IMG/VR virus record: IMGVR_UViG_3300042328_000814
Coordinates: 1-57,637 of that record
Length of the DNA: 57,637 nt
Reading direction: 5' to 3' (one strand)
DNA from: a virus
Lineage: Duplodnaviria > Caudoviricetes
Both the position numbers and the translations under genes were made by a program. Position 1 is the stretch's first letter; each line of letters starts with the position of its first letter. The notes under the pieces are model-generated. The model was not told where the DNA came from. It did not search any database and was given only the letters and a program-made list of their open reading frames with translations. Shown piece by piece: positions 1 to 10,241 of the stretch.

Positions 1-96
1 TGCATTCAGTAACCTTTCCTATTCTAGGAATATTTACAATATTCTCTGAAAAGAAGAATATATCAGTTATCGAGTCTATTACTAAAAGGAAGTACA

Positions 97-342
97 ATGC
101 TTCGTGAAATTCGTTATACTAAAGTTAGTGGACAAATGAAAGAATACTCAGTTTATCCGTTAACAGAACCAGTAGATAGTATGATGGCTCTAGACGTATC
201 CGATTTAGATGTTGAAGAAATTGAATTAGTAGAGGAAAAGCTCAAAGACTTCTTTGAAAAGAGAGCTGAACTCTTTAAGAAGTATAAGTTAGATGTTTAT
301 CTTAAACGCTTCAAACTAAAAGGAGTAGACTGGATTGTTTAA
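97..342 (+). CDS. hypothetical protein
   Basis: ORF with AAAGGA RBS; packed with the downstream genes. Confidence 0.75.
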   Translation: MLREIRYTKVSGQMKEYSVYPLTEPVDSMMALDVSDLDVEEIELVEEKLKDFFEKRAELFKKYKLDVYLKRFKLKGVDWIV

Positions 343-585
343 ATGTACACAATTGTAGGTAAAGAAAATCTGGAAGCAGTAAATACTGTAGCAGATCGTG
401 CAATGCAAATTATGCGAGATGAGTCTGCTATTAAAGCACTAGAGGAAGACAAAGCAGTAGGTGTAAGAGCTGACCATTTAATGTCCTTAGCGACAGGTTA
501 TTTATTCTTATATCAAGCTGTACTAGACCACGGACTTTTGCCTAGTCAGAAGTCTGCTAAACATCAAATTTTTAAAGTTCATTAA
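343..585 (+). CDS. hypothetical protein
   Basis: 80-aa ORF directly abutting the previous stop codon. Confidence 0.7.
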   Translation: MYTIVGKENLEAVNTVADRAMQIMRDESAIKALEEDKAVGVRADHLMSLATGYLFLYQAVLDHGLLPSQKSAKHQIFKVH

Positions 586-597
586 GGAGTAACAAAT

Positions 598-981
598 ATG
601 GCATGGGATGACGACAAGAAAGCTAAAGTAATTAAGGCATATACCGATGCAAAGCCTACAGGTGCAAACTCTATTGAGATTGTTAAGCAATTAGCAGAAG
701 ATTTTGGCGAAACACCGAATGGTGTTCGCATGATTCTTAGCAAAGCAGAAGTCTATGTTAAGAAAGAAGAAGTTGCAGGTACTAAGAAAGCTGCAGCAAC
801 TAAAGAAGGTGCTACAGCTCGCGTATCAAAAGCTGATTCTCTATCTGCCCTAATCAAGGCAGTTGAAGAAGTTGGCTATACTGTTGATAACGATATTATC
901 GACAAACTAACTGGTAAGCAGGCAATCTACTTTACCAATGTAATCAAAGCTGCTCTAACCACTACTGAAGACGGAGAGTAA
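598..981 (+). CDS. D3: T5 D3-like protein
   Basis: TPNGVRMILSKA and IIDKLTGK motifs recalled from T5 D3; AAGGAG RBS. Confidence 0.8.
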   Translation: MAWDDDKKAKVIKAYTDAKPTGANSIEIVKQLAEDFGETPNGVRMILSKAEVYVKKEEVAGTKKAAATKEGATARVSKADSLSALIKAVEEVGYTVDNDIIDKLTGKQAIYFTNVIKAALTTTEDGE

Positions 982-983
982 TA

Positions 984-1607
984 ATGGCTGCTGCAAAGAA
1001 GTCAGTTAAAGTAAAAGATACGGAAGATTTATCCGATTCTAATATTGAGAAAGTAATTGCACTTCTTTCAGCAGAAAAGCCCTGTACTAAAAAAGAGGCT
1101 TGCAGTATTCTAAGAATCACTTACAATACTACTAGATTGCAGACTATTATTGACAACTTTCTAGAAAAGAAAGATAGAACTGCGAAGCTTAGGGCTGAGA
1201 AAGCACATAAACCTGCCACAGAAGCAGAGATTCAGTACTCTATTATGGAGTACCTGGGGGGTGCTACAGTTTCTGCAATTTCAGAGTCTCTTTATAGGTC
1301 AGCATCTTTTGTAGATAAAGTTCTAGAAAGATGTGGAGTACCACGTAGGGCTACAGGCTGGTCATACCAACGTCCTCAACTAATCCCCGAAGAAGCGATT
1401 AGAACTTCTTTTGAGATTGGAGAGAAAGTATGGTCAGCGCGTTATGAGTCACTAGCAACGATTAAATCAGAAGTAACAAACCAACCACATCCTTCTAAAG
1501 TATATCGTGTATACCTAGAAGATGAGTCTTGGCAGCAATCAGCGTACCAACCAGCCGAGGAATTAGCTTCCTTGCAACACTTAACTAAATATGGAGTTTC
1601 AATTTAA
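984..1607 (+). CDS. D2: T5 D2-like DNA-binding protein
   Basis: TKKEAC, YLGG..IS.SLYRS and ELASLQHL motifs resemble T5 D2. Confidence 0.8.
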   Translation: MAAAKKSVKVKDTEDLSDSNIEKVIALLSAEKPCTKKEACSILRITYNTTRLQTIIDNFLEKKDRTAKLRAEKAHKPATEAEIQYSIMEYLGGATVSAISESLYRSASFVDKVLERCGVPRRATGWSYQRPQLIPEEAIRTSFEIGEKVWSARYESLATIKSEVTNQPHPSKVYRVYLEDESWQQSAYQPAEELASLQHLTKYGVSI

Positions 1608-1907
1608 ATGAACAAAAATGCTTTTCTTCACTCTATGAATGAAGGTGGGGACTGTTACATCAACTATATTTCACCAGTCTCTAAGAAGCAGAAGTACCAT
1701 GTTGGTACTACAAACTTTTCTGTAGCAATTTCACCCTATATTGCTAAGAAACTAGACGAGTATACCTGGCCTCGAATGAATGAGAATCAGGTACTAGTAT
1801 TCTGTTATGATATGGATACATTCAAACCAGTAGATACTGCTTTGGTTATTAGTGTACTTCCGACTAATAAGGTAATTAGACAACCAGATGAGCAACAACG
1901 ATTCTGA
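1608..1907 (+). CDS. conserved T5-like hypothetical protein
   Basis: Resembles the small T5 ORF that precedes the PC4 homologue. Confidence 0.65.
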   Translation: MNKNAFLHSMNEGGDCYINYISPVSKKQKYHVGTTNFSVAISPYIAKKLDEYTWPRMNENQVLVFCYDMDTFKPVDTALVISVLPTNKVIRQPDEQQRF

Positions 1908-2148
1908 GGTTTTATTTACTCATACCCTAAAAGAAAATCTGGATGACTTCTCTCAGTGGAGATTAACAGTTACCGAATTTAGGGGTGAGCAATATCTAAA
2001 TATACGAGAGTACTTTCTAGACTTTGATAGTGAGTTTCAACCTACTAAGAAAGGTATCTCAATTCCATTAGAGATGACCTTTACCGCAAATCTGCTAGAA
2101 GGTTTGAAACGCTTAGTATCAGAAGGGGAACAAGACGATGTGGAGTGA
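1888..2148 (+). CDS. PC4/p15-like ssDNA-binding protein
   Basis: VTEFRGEQYLNIREYF...PTKKGISI is the PC4 family signature; syntenic with T5. Confidence 0.88.
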   Translation: MSNNDSEVLFTHTLKENLDDFSQWRLTVTEFRGEQYLNIREYFLDFDSEFQPTKKGISIPLEMTFTANLLEGLKRLVSEGEQDDVE

Positions 2149-2251
2149 TCAGTTTCTATCCGAAGCTGGAAACATACTTCTATGGATTATACTTGGTAGT
2201 TTCTTAACTGGTCTAGGTATAGGAATACTTTTAATTGGAGTATTGGGATGA
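2138..2251 (+). CDS. small single-pass membrane peptide (37 aa), not in the ORF track
   Basis: Hand-translated MWSDQFLSEAGNILLWIILGSFLTGLGIGILLIGVLG*; AGGGG upstream; ATGA overlap with the ligase start. Confidence 0.6.
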   Translation: MWSDQFLSEAGNILLWIILGSFLTGLGIGILLIGVLG

Positions 2252-3246
2252 AGTTTGAAGTAGCAAAAGCAGAGCTAATTGATGATTTACTAGTAAAGGC
2301 TTCTAAGGCTTACTACGATGGTGAACCAATTCTATCTGATGAACAGTTTGACTATTTAGCTGATTTAGTAGATTTTAAAGGTTTGGGTGCTAAACCTAGT
2401 GGAGATACTAAGAAACATTATAATCGGATGTTTTCTTTGCAGAAGTATTATGCAAATGAGGGTAAAGTACCTCTGTCAGATTATAAAGGGTTCAAGTACT
2501 TATCACCAAAGCTAGACGGTGCTGCTATCTCTGCACTTTATATTAATAAACAGTTAGTTCAAGTACTAACTCGTGGCGATGGTTTCGAAGGTACAGATAT
2601 TACTGAAAAGTTCTTATTTAGCACTAAACCAGTTCTGCCTAAATCTATCAATATAGATGGGATTGTTCAAGTAACGGGCGAAATCACTACTCTGTCAGAT
2701 GTAGAGAATGCTAGAAACTATGCTTCCGGTGCACTAAACTTGGGCAGTATTGATGAGTTTAATTCTAGGGATTTATACTTTACTGGATACGGATTATACC
2801 CACAGACTCAGACATATGAGTTAGACCTTGAGACACTACGCTTAAATGGTTTTAAGACTGTTGCTGATGAAGATTGGTGCAAACAGTTCGCCACAGATGG
2901 TATCGTTGTACGTATCAATGATACCGAAGACTATAACGCTCTAGGCTTTACAGCTAAACATCCTCGTGGAGCTTATGCTATCAAAGAGCGTAAATTCGGA
3001 GCTATTACTACTCTGCTAGATGTAGAATGGCAAGTAGGTAAGTCAGGCAAGGTGACTCCAGTAGCAATCCTAGAACCTTGTAAGATTGGAGACTCTACAG
3101 TAGCAAGAGCAACCCTAAACAATATAGCCTTTATCGAGTCTTTAGACTTAGAGATCGGTTGTAAAGTAGAGGTACAAAAAATGGGTGATATTATTCCCGG
3201 CATTGTTCGTAGAATCCATGAAAATGATATTGATTTTGTAGAGTAA
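2248..3246 (+). CDS. ligA: NAD-dependent DNA ligase, subunit A (adenylation + OB domains)
   Basis: YY..PILSD.QFD, KLDG, TRGDG, DGIV, WQVG..G.VTPV motifs. Confidence 0.95.
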   Translation: MKFEVAKAELIDDLLVKASKAYYDGEPILSDEQFDYLADLVDFKGLGAKPSGDTKKHYNRMFSLQKYYANEGKVPLSDYKGFKYLSPKLDGAAISALYINKQLVQVLTRGDGFEGTDITEKFLFSTKPVLPKSINIDGIVQVTGEITTLSDVENARNYASGALNLGSIDEFNSRDLYFTGYGLYPQTQTYELDLETLRLNGFKTVADEDWCKQFATDGIVVRINDTEDYNALGFTAKHPRGAYAIKERKFGAITTLLDVEWQVGKSGKVTPVAILEPCKIGDSTVARATLNNIAFIESLDLEIGCKVEVQKMGDIIPGIVRRIHENDIDFVE

Positions 3247-3258
3247 CTACAGTATAAT
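3230..3258 (+). promoter_or_regulatory. sigma70-type promoter upstream of ligase B/D5
   Basis: TTGATT-N17-TATAAT with AT-rich upstream sequence. Confidence 0.75.
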
Positions 3259-3283
3259 ATTTCCTTCTACAGTTGAAAAGCAA

Positions 3284-4045
3284 ATGAAAATAATCCAACC
3301 AGAAAATTGTCCTGTATGTAACTCCAAACTGATTTTGGTAAAAGATCAGTTATTTTGTAGAAATAAGGAGTGCTCAGCCCAAACAGCTAAAAAGCTGGAG
3401 CACTTCTGTAAGACTGTGAAGATGAAAGGTTTTGGGCCAGTAGCACTAAGTAAACTAGATTTTGAATCTATACTAGATATTTATACTTTTAGTGAATCAA
3501 CTTATAAGTTCTTACTTGGAGATACCATTGGAGTGAAACTCTTTAAAGAAGCTAGAATGAGTGAGAAGAACACTGATTTACAGCAAGTCTTAGCAGGATT
3601 AAGTATTCCGTTAGTAGGAGCAACTGCTTCCAGTAAACTTTGTGAGTTTATTGATAGTGTTGATGACATTAATGAGGATTCTTGTAAAGCAGCAGGACTC
3701 GGAGAGAAGGTCACAAACAATCTTCTAGAATATGTTAAATCCGAGGAATTTGGCAGTTTGCAAAAGCTTCTTAGGAAGTTTAAAGTAGGCAGTACCCAGA
3801 AAGTTGAAACACCATCATTAGGTTTGACCGTATGTATTACTGGAAAGCTAAATGATTTCAAGAATAGATCAGAAGCTGGTAAACATCTTACTAGCTTAGG
3901 GTTTACGGTAGTGGACAGTGTAACTAAAGCTACCAACATTTTAATTAACGAAGAAGATAGAGAAAGTTCAAAGCTAACAAAGGCTATATCCCTAGGAATT
4001 AGGGTAACTACTATCAAAGACTTAGAAAAGGAAATAAATAAATGA
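3284..4045 (+). CDS. ligB: NAD-dependent DNA ligase, subunit B (Zn finger, HhH, BRCT)
   Basis: CPVC..C..C Zn finger, LSIPLVG HhH, VCITGKL...VTKAT BRCT. Confidence 0.92.
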   Translation: MKIIQPENCPVCNSKLILVKDQLFCRNKECSAQTAKKLEHFCKTVKMKGFGPVALSKLDFESILDIYTFSESTYKFLLGDTIGVKLFKEARMSEKNTDLQQVLAGLSIPLVGATASSKLCEFIDSVDDINEDSCKAAGLGEKVTNNLLEYVKSEEFGSLQKLLRKFKVGSTQKVETPSLGLTVCITGKLNDFKNRSEAGKHLTSLGFTVVDSVTKATNILINEEDRESSKLTKAISLGIRVTTIKDLEKEINK

Positions 4046-4779
4046 CAGTTCAAAAATGGACCGACGAACGTACCGCTATGCTAACCTCACTTGCTGGTGT
4101 TGCTACTCCAGTTAGCGCAGATACCGTAAAGGCCGCTGCCGTAGAATTAGTTTGTAGTGAGCGCTCTGTAGCTGCTAAACTACGTAAGATGGGTTACGAA
4201 GTCGCTTCAATGGCGAAGTCTAGTGCTCCTACCTTCACCGAAGACGAAGCTACTGCTCTAGGAGCTTTCGTTGAAGCCAACAGCGGTGTTCTAACGTATG
4301 CTCAGATCGCTGAAGCCTTCCAAGACGGTGACTTCTCAGCTAAGCAAGTACAAGGTAAGATTCTATCAATGGAACTTACTGCACATGTTAAGCCTACTGA
4401 AAAGGTTGAAGCAGTCCGTACTTACACCGAAGCCGAGGAAACTACTTTCATCAGCATGTGTGCTGGCGGTTCCTTCGTAGAAGACATTGCAACTGCTCTG
4501 AATAAGACTATTAATTCAGTTCGCGGAAAGGCACTTAGTTTACTTCGTAGCGGAGACATTGCAAAGATGCCTGCTCAGAAGGAATCTCATGCTAAGGCAG
4601 AAGCTGATGTTGTTGATACCCTAGGTGACCTAAGCAAACTAACAGTTGCTCAGATTGCTGAGAAGTCTGGAAAGACTGAACGTGGTATCAAGACTCTTCT
4701 AACTCGCCGTGGACTAGTTGCTAGTGACTATGATGGTGCAGCAAAGAAAGCAAAGAACACAGCTAAAGCAGCTGAGTAA
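4042..4779 (+). CDS. D5: T5 D5-like DNA-binding/transcription regulator
   Basis: AKQVQGKILS.E.T, RGKALSLLR.G, ERGIK..L.RRGL...DYDGAAK closely match recalled T5 D5. Confidence 0.92.
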   Translation: MTVQKWTDERTAMLTSLAGVATPVSADTVKAAAVELVCSERSVAAKLRKMGYEVASMAKSSAPTFTEDEATALGAFVEANSGVLTYAQIAEAFQDGDFSAKQVQGKILSMELTAHVKPTEKVEAVRTYTEAEETTFISMCAGGSFVEDIATALNKTINSVRGKALSLLRSGDIAKMPAQKESHAKAEADVVDTLGDLSKLTVAQIAEKSGKTERGIKTLLTRRGLVASDYDGAAKKAKNTAKAAE

Positions 4780-4796
4780 TACCTAAATAGGTAATT

Positions 4797-4832
4797 AAGG
4801 CGGTTTAGGGATTCCTCTAAATCGCCTTTTTT
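4797..4832 (+). terminator. rho-independent terminator after D5
   Basis: AAGGCGGTTTAG...CTAAATCGCCTT hairpin followed by a T-run. Confidence 0.85.
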
Positions 4833-4845
4833 CATGGAGTAATAA

Positions 4846-5145
4846 ATGAAGGTAACAATAACTTATTATGACAACGACTCGCTTACTATCGAAGAAGTCG
4901 TTGCTCGCGCCAAACACGCTTACGGAGACTTTGTTGAAGTTTCCGTGCAACCAACAAGCAATAAGCCTTCAGATATGCTTTACTTTGCTTTGCAACAAAT
5001 GTTGACTCATGAACAGCTATCAATATTTTTTGATGACAAGAATCAGTATCCTGCTAGATTAAGTAATTTACGTTCTGAGACACTAGCTATAGTACAAAAG
5101 GAATTATCAGCAGTAATTAAGGATAATGAAATAAAGGTAACTTAG
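4846..5145 (+). CDS. hypothetical protein
   Basis: GGAG RBS; 99-aa ORF between D5 and the helicase. Confidence 0.75.
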   Translation: MKVTITYYDNDSLTIEEVVARAKHAYGDFVEVSVQPTSNKPSDMLYFALQQMLTHEQLSIFFDDKNQYPARLSNLRSETLAIVQKELSAVIKDNEIKVT

Positions 5146-5146
5146 A

Positions 5147-6571
5147 ATGGCAGATATAGGCGCAATAGTACTACATAAAGTATTAGAGGGTAAAGATCTA
5201 TCTGCATTTTCGAGACTGAAGTTAGCTTTTTTCGACTCCTCTTACACTAGCGTATATAGTGCTATTACGAGCCATTACGATAAGTATGGGGCTATACCTA
5301 ATTTTGTTGAACTACTAACAACAGCTAGAAGTAGTGCATTAACGAACGCTTTAACAACACTTCAAAGTCTTGAAATTGAAGATGATATAGATATAGATGT
5401 AGCTGTCGATGCTTTAATAGATAGCTACACACAAAGTGAGGCATTAAAACTACTAGATAAATTCGTAGACAATATCACATTAATGGATAGTCAGGAGATT
5501 AAAGACTCACTATCCGCAGCAGTAATGCATCTAGATGAAAAGACTCATACTAGTGAGACTATTCTAAGTGCTAGCGATATTATGCTATTTAACTCAGTGG
5601 AAGATAAAGAACACTATAAGTTTCCTAGTGGTATATCGAACACAATTGACGCTAAATTGGGTGGATTGTTTAGACAAGAGACTATTCTACTTGGTGGTAA
5701 GCGTGGTGCTGGTAAATCTATTGTATGTGCTAATCTAGTGGAAGCACAGTATTCAATGGGTAACACTTCAGTATACTTTACTATTGAAATGACTGGTAGA
5801 GAAACATTTCAGCGTATCATGGGTATTAATGCTGGAATTCCTCATTCACTACTAAAGCAGGACGCTTTATCAGAAGCAGATATTCTCAAGCTAGTAAAAG
5901 CTAGAGCAGCCATGTACATGGATGCAGATGATTTAGTACAGGAATTTGTTATTAGTGGAGATAGTCTAAAGTTCGAAGGTGACCTAGTTAGAACTAAATT
6001 TCTAAAACCGGATAACCAAATCATTATTATTGATGATAGAGAACTTAGTATTACTGCTATCGACCTGCATATTCAGAAGTTAAAAGCTAAATTCGGAGAT
6101 AAGCTAAAACTAGCCGTTATCGACTACCTAAATCAGATTACAGTACCCGGTATTCCAGGTGGTATGTACGAGTGGACAACTCAGATTTTCGTAAGTAAAA
6201 AACTGAAAGAATTAGCTAGAAAGCACGATATATGCATTGTGTCTCCTTATCAAATTGATGATAATGGTGGTACGCGATTCGCTAAAGGTATTCTTGACTC
6301 TTGTGATATTGCTATGCTACTGGATGCACATGATAAGTCTGATAATACTATATCTTTCGACACTACTAAGATTCGTGGTGGTCCACCTCTTGCATTCAGT
6401 AATGGTATTAATTGGGAAACATTAAAGATTAATCCAGCAGAAACTGATAAGCCACAGAAGAAAGCTAAGAAAGAAAAGGAAGAGGAATCTTCTTATACTG
6501 GAAAAGAAGATGCAAACGATATTGACGCTCCATTCCCTGGAGGAACTAAAATACAAGGTGAAAAATGGTAG
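5147..6571 (+). CDS. D6: DnaB-like replicative helicase (T5 D6-like)
   Basis: Walker A GKRGAGKS, FTIEM, VIDY Walker B; synteny. Confidence 0.9.
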   Translation: MADIGAIVLHKVLEGKDLSAFSRLKLAFFDSSYTSVYSAITSHYDKYGAIPNFVELLTTARSSALTNALTTLQSLEIEDDIDIDVAVDALIDSYTQSEALKLLDKFVDNITLMDSQEIKDSLSAAVMHLDEKTHTSETILSASDIMLFNSVEDKEHYKFPSGISNTIDAKLGGLFRQETILLGGKRGAGKSIVCANLVEAQYSMGNTSVYFTIEMTGRETFQRIMGINAGIPHSLLKQDALSEADILKLVKARAAMYMDADDLVQEFVISGDSLKFEGDLVRTKFLKPDNQIIIIDDRELSITAIDLHIQKLKAKFGDKLKLAVIDYLNQITVPGIPGGMYEWTTQIFVSKKLKELARKHDICIVSPYQIDDNGGTRFAKGILDSCDIAMLLDAHDKSDNTISFDTTKIRGGPPLAFSNGINWETLKINPAETDKPQKKAKKEKEEESSYTGKEDANDIDAPFPGGTKIQGEKW

Positions 6572-7428
6572 ACGAAGTAAGAACACTACTCGATAATTTT
6601 GATATTAAGTATATCCCTAGTGGTAGGGATTACTTAATACACTGTTTAAACCCTGAGCATCCGGATAGGAATCCTTCACTTAGAATTGACAAATTGAAGG
6701 GTATAGGCCAGTGTTTATCTTGTGGCTATAAAGTAAACCTATTTAAGCATTTTAATGTCTTTACTGATGGTAAGTCTGCGCAAATTGCTTCCTTAAAGGA
6801 AAAGATTGCGAAATGTATGTCAGATAGTGTAGGACTAAAAATACCTGGTAAAGCTATTCCTTGGAGAGAAGATTACAGGAACATTAAGGCTAGTACGTTT
6901 AGAGAGTTTGATGCTTTCACATACCACGAGGATTTCGGCAATCGCTTAGTATTCCCAATGTATGCTGCCAGTGGCAAGATTGTTGCTTTCAATGGACGTG
7001 CCCTAGGTAACGAGTCTCCTAGATATGATATATATCCGTCACATGTAGAATTACCTATGTTTCCTGGCAGACCTAAACCAGTAAACTCTACTCTAGTACT
7101 AGTGGAAGGTATATTTGACTTCTTAAATCTGCATGATAAAGGATTGACAAACGCAGTAGCCCTTATGGGAGTAACTACTCTACATAACAAGAAAGGCTTG
7201 AATAAGAACAAAATAAACCTATTCAAAATGAGTGGGACTACTAGGATATTCCTATGCCTAGACGCTGATGATGCAGGTAGAAAAGCAACTGAAGAACTAA
7301 AACCATTATTAGAAGCTGAAGGTTTCTATGTTGGTGTAATAGAATTAGAAGACGATAGTGACCCAGGTGAATTAAGTAAATCTGAAGTAGAGTGGGTCAT
7401 TGATTATATAAATGGAAGGCAGTCCTAG
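6565..7428 (+). CDS. DNA primase (Zn finger + Toprim)
   Basis: CLNPEH..PS...CLSC Zn finger, VEGIFD and LDADDAG Toprim motifs. Confidence 0.93.
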   Translation: MVDEVRTLLDNFDIKYIPSGRDYLIHCLNPEHPDRNPSLRIDKLKGIGQCLSCGYKVNLFKHFNVFTDGKSAQIASLKEKIAKCMSDSVGLKIPGKAIPWREDYRNIKASTFREFDAFTYHEDFGNRLVFPMYAASGKIVAFNGRALGNESPRYDIYPSHVELPMFPGRPKPVNSTLVLVEGIFDFLNLHDKGLTNAVALMGVTTLHNKKGLNKNKINLFKMSGTTRIFLCLDADDAGRKATEELKPLLEAEGFYVGVIELEDDSDPGELSKSEVEWVIDYINGRQS

Positions 7429-7447
7429 CCTTAATAAAAGGAGTAAT

Positions 7448-9763
7448 ATGAGAATAGCAGTAATTGAAAAAGGCCCTAGTAATATAAGGTTTAACCAGTA
7501 CTTTCAATTTGAATTTGATCAGTATCAACTATGTAGTGTAAAACTACCTAAAGTTCTAAAGAAAGACGTAGATATTGTAATTGATGAGTCACAATATGAC
7601 TATATAATTACAGTAGGCAGTGAAGCAGCAAAGTACTTTGCCAAGATCACTAGTGTGACCGATTTAGCTGGACACTTAGTAGATGGTAAGTATATTCCAA
7701 TTATTAATCCTATGATGATTACCTTCAAACCAGAAGGTAAACCAGCATTTGAAAAGTCCTTAGAAAGGCTACATAAGGTAGTATCTGGGCAGAATCTAAT
7801 TAATACCACAGGTATTTGGATTGGTATTACAGATTCGGATGAGGCGCTAGAATACTTAAGAAAGATTGATGAGTGGGCTAGTTCAACTAAAGTAATCGCA
7901 CTCGATACTGAAACTACAGCACTTTATCCTACTGACGGCTACGTCCTAGGGATAAGTATCTGCGCGAAATTAGGTAACGCTGCCTATATCTCCACAGAGT
8001 GTGTAAACGAAGAAGTTGAAGCCTTCTTACAGTACTTATTCTATAAGTATACCATAGTATTCCATAACGCAAAATTCGATATTAAGATGTTACGTTATCA
8101 TTTTAATTTCAAATTCCCGTCATTTGAAGATACAATGGTTATCCATTATGTGCTTGATGAAACACAGGGTAGTCATGGCTTGAAGAGCCTAGCACTAAAG
8201 TATACAGATTTTGGTGCTTATGATGACGATCTAGATACCTATAAGAAAGAGTATTGCAGATCACATGGTATTCTAGAATCAGATTTTACGTATGATCTGA
8301 TACCTTTTGAAATCATGGTTCCATATGCTGCTAAAGATACAGGAGTAACTTTAGCACTATACGTTAAGTTTAAGCCAATTATAGATGCTAACCCCAAATT
8401 GTTAAATCTATACAATAATCTTCTTATTCCAGCTCTAACAGCTTTGATTAAGATTGAGCTATCTGGTGTTCCTTTCCATAGAGGTAGACTAGAGTTCGCT
8501 AAGGCTACGATTGATAAGGCTATTAAAGATGCGGAAACTCATCTATATAACCTTCCAGAAGTTAAACAGTTTGAAAAGGATCAGGGCAAAGAGTTTAACC
8601 CAAATAGCGTTCTTCAACTAAGAAAGCTACTATTTGATGCTCTGCAATTAGAACCACTAGCTAAGAAGACTGGAACTGGTCTACAGAGTACAGATGCTGA
8701 AGTTCTGGAAAGTTTGGAAGGTCAGCACGAAGTAGTTAATAGTATTATTGCGATCAGAAAACTTGGTAAAATCAAGAATACTTATGTTGATAATCTACTA
8801 CGTAATCTAGACTCAGATGGTAGAGTTAGAACTGGATTCAATATAACCAGTACAACTTCTGGTAGACTATCAAGTTCTGGTAAATTTAACGCTCAACAGC
8901 TTCCTCGTGATGAGAAGCGCGTAAAAGGAGCCATTAAAGGTTCTGGAAAGCACGAAGGTTGGAAGATAGTTTCTCAGGATTTGGCAACCGCTGAAATGTA
9001 CTATGCAGCGGTTCTATCGGGAGATAAGAAACTTCAGAAGGTTTTCCAAGACAAGGAAGACTTCCATAGTTCTATTGCTAAGCAAGTATTCTCTCTGCCA
9101 TGTTCTGTTGCTGAGGTAAAGAAATTCTTCAAAGATAAGCGTCAAGCTGCTAAGGCTATCTCATTCGGTATCCTTTACGGTTCGGGTGCTCGTAAAGTAT
9201 CTGATACAGTATCCAAGGACTCAGATACACACTTCTCTCTAGAAGATGCGCAGGAATCTATTGACTTATACTTCAGTACGTTTAGTCAGCTAAAGAAATG
9301 GCTGAAGGGTACGGAGGAACTTATTAAGAAGCAAGGTTTCTTATACACCTCTGTTGGCCGGAAGCGTAGGCTTAAGAACGTATTTAGTCCTGATAAAGGT
9401 ATTGCATCACATGAAATCAGAAGTGGTATTAATGCCGCAGTACAGTCCCTAGCCTCTGATATTAATCTATTTGCTGTTATTGATATGATGGCTGAGATTA
9501 AGAAGCATAAGCTACGTGCTGAGATTTTCATGATGGTGCATGACTCTATTGTGGCTATTGTACACCCGGACGATGTAGAGAAGTACTGTGAATTACTAGC
9601 TATGTGTACTCAGAAGGATAGAGGTTTCTCTATTCCAGGCTGCCCAATCGGTATTGACCAAGAAGTTGGTGATGACTACTCATTCGATAGCTGGGAGGAT
9701 GAGTGGAGGGAGTGCTACGATGATTTTATCCAAAGTAGTATGGCCGGTTTACCAACTGAGTAA
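7448..9763 (+). CDS. pol: family A DNA polymerase with 3'-5' exonuclease, T5-type N-terminal domain
   Basis: DTET ExoI, HNAKFD ExoII, TTSGRLSS, RQAAKAISFGILYG motif B, VHDS; start moved to ATG 7448 (GGAG RBS, T5-like MRIAVIEK). Confidence 0.96.
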   Translation: MRIAVIEKGPSNIRFNQYFQFEFDQYQLCSVKLPKVLKKDVDIVIDESQYDYIITVGSEAAKYFAKITSVTDLAGHLVDGKYIPIINPMMITFKPEGKPAFEKSLERLHKVVSGQNLINTTGIWIGITDSDEALEYLRKIDEWASSTKVIALDTETTALYPTDGYVLGISICAKLGNAAYISTECVNEEVEAFLQYLFYKYTIVFHNAKFDIKMLRYHFNFKFPSFEDTMVIHYVLDETQGSHGLKSLALKYTDFGAYDDDLDTYKKEYCRSHGILESDFTYDLIPFEIMVPYAAKDTGVTLALYVKFKPIIDANPKLLNLYNNLLIPALTALIKIELSGVPFHRGRLEFAKATIDKAIKDAETHLYNLPEVKQFEKDQGKEFNPNSVLQLRKLLFDALQLEPLAKKTGTGLQSTDAEVLESLEGQHEVVNSIIAIRKLGKIKNTYVDNLLRNLDSDGRVRTGFNITSTTSGRLSSSGKFNAQQLPRDEKRVKGAIKGSGKHEGWKIVSQDLATAEMYYAAVLSGDKKLQKVFQDKEDFHSSIAKQVFSLPCSVAEVKKFFKDKRQAAKAISFGILYGSGARKVSDTVSKDSDTHFSLEDAQESIDLYFSTFSQLKKWLKGTEELIKKQGFLYTSVGRKRRLKNVFSPDKGIASHEIRSGINAAVQSLASDINLFAVIDMMAEIKKHKLRAEIFMMVHDSIVAIVHPDDVEKYCELLAMCTQKDRGFSIPGCPIGIDQEVGDDYSFDSWEDEWRECYDDFIQSSMAGLPTE

Positions 9764-10241
9764 GTATATTGAGACCAAGGAGTATAATAACATGCTTCTT
9801 GGTCGTAATTCCGCAGAAGATGACTTTAGATTAATAGATGACAGATCAAGGGATTCACCTTCCCTTGGTTTGCGCCGTATTAAGTATGAATCAAGCCCAA
9901 GTATTGAAGGGTACAAATTATACAAGCTATCTACACCAATCTATAAATACTCTAGCTTAATACTACTAACCCACAAATCTAGTAAGTTTATAGATTTCTC
10001 TGGTAAAGTATTTAATTATGTAAAGAGTATGCGAGTACCTCTCAAATACCATAAGATTACTAGGTATACTCAGGTAGATCATGGCTATCTGGTTCACTTA
10101 TATGGAATTCATTGTTCCTTCTATATAAATTATGAGCCAGCTTTAGAGGTTAAATACGCTGGGCTTCTACATGTAGGTAGGGGGTATGTTCTTTATTCAT
10201 TAGAGGAGTCTAAGTTACCAGACACTAGGAGGATAATATGA
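9720..10241 (+). CDS. conserved T5-like hypothetical protein between pol and D10
   Basis: WPVY.L, FIDFSG motifs and synteny with T5; start at ATG 9720 after GGAGGGAG. Confidence 0.75.
   Translation: MILSKVVWPVYQLSKYIETKEYNNMLLGRNSAEDDFRLIDDRSRDSPSLGLRRIKYESSPSIEGYKLYKLSTPIYKYSSLILLTHKSSKFIDFSGKVFNYVKSMRVPLKYHKITRYTQVDHGYLVHLYGIHCSFYINYEPALEVKYAGLLHVGRGYVLYSLEESKLPDTRRII

Noticed and set aside
2248-4045. Ligase in two ORFs as a pseudogene or novel split
   Set aside because: A two-gene NAD ligase is a known T5 feature; both halves are intact
7412-7447. Longer ORF-track starts for pol (also 9654, 11912, 34774)
   Set aside because: Downstream starts have better RBS or overlap coupling and match recalled homologue N-termini
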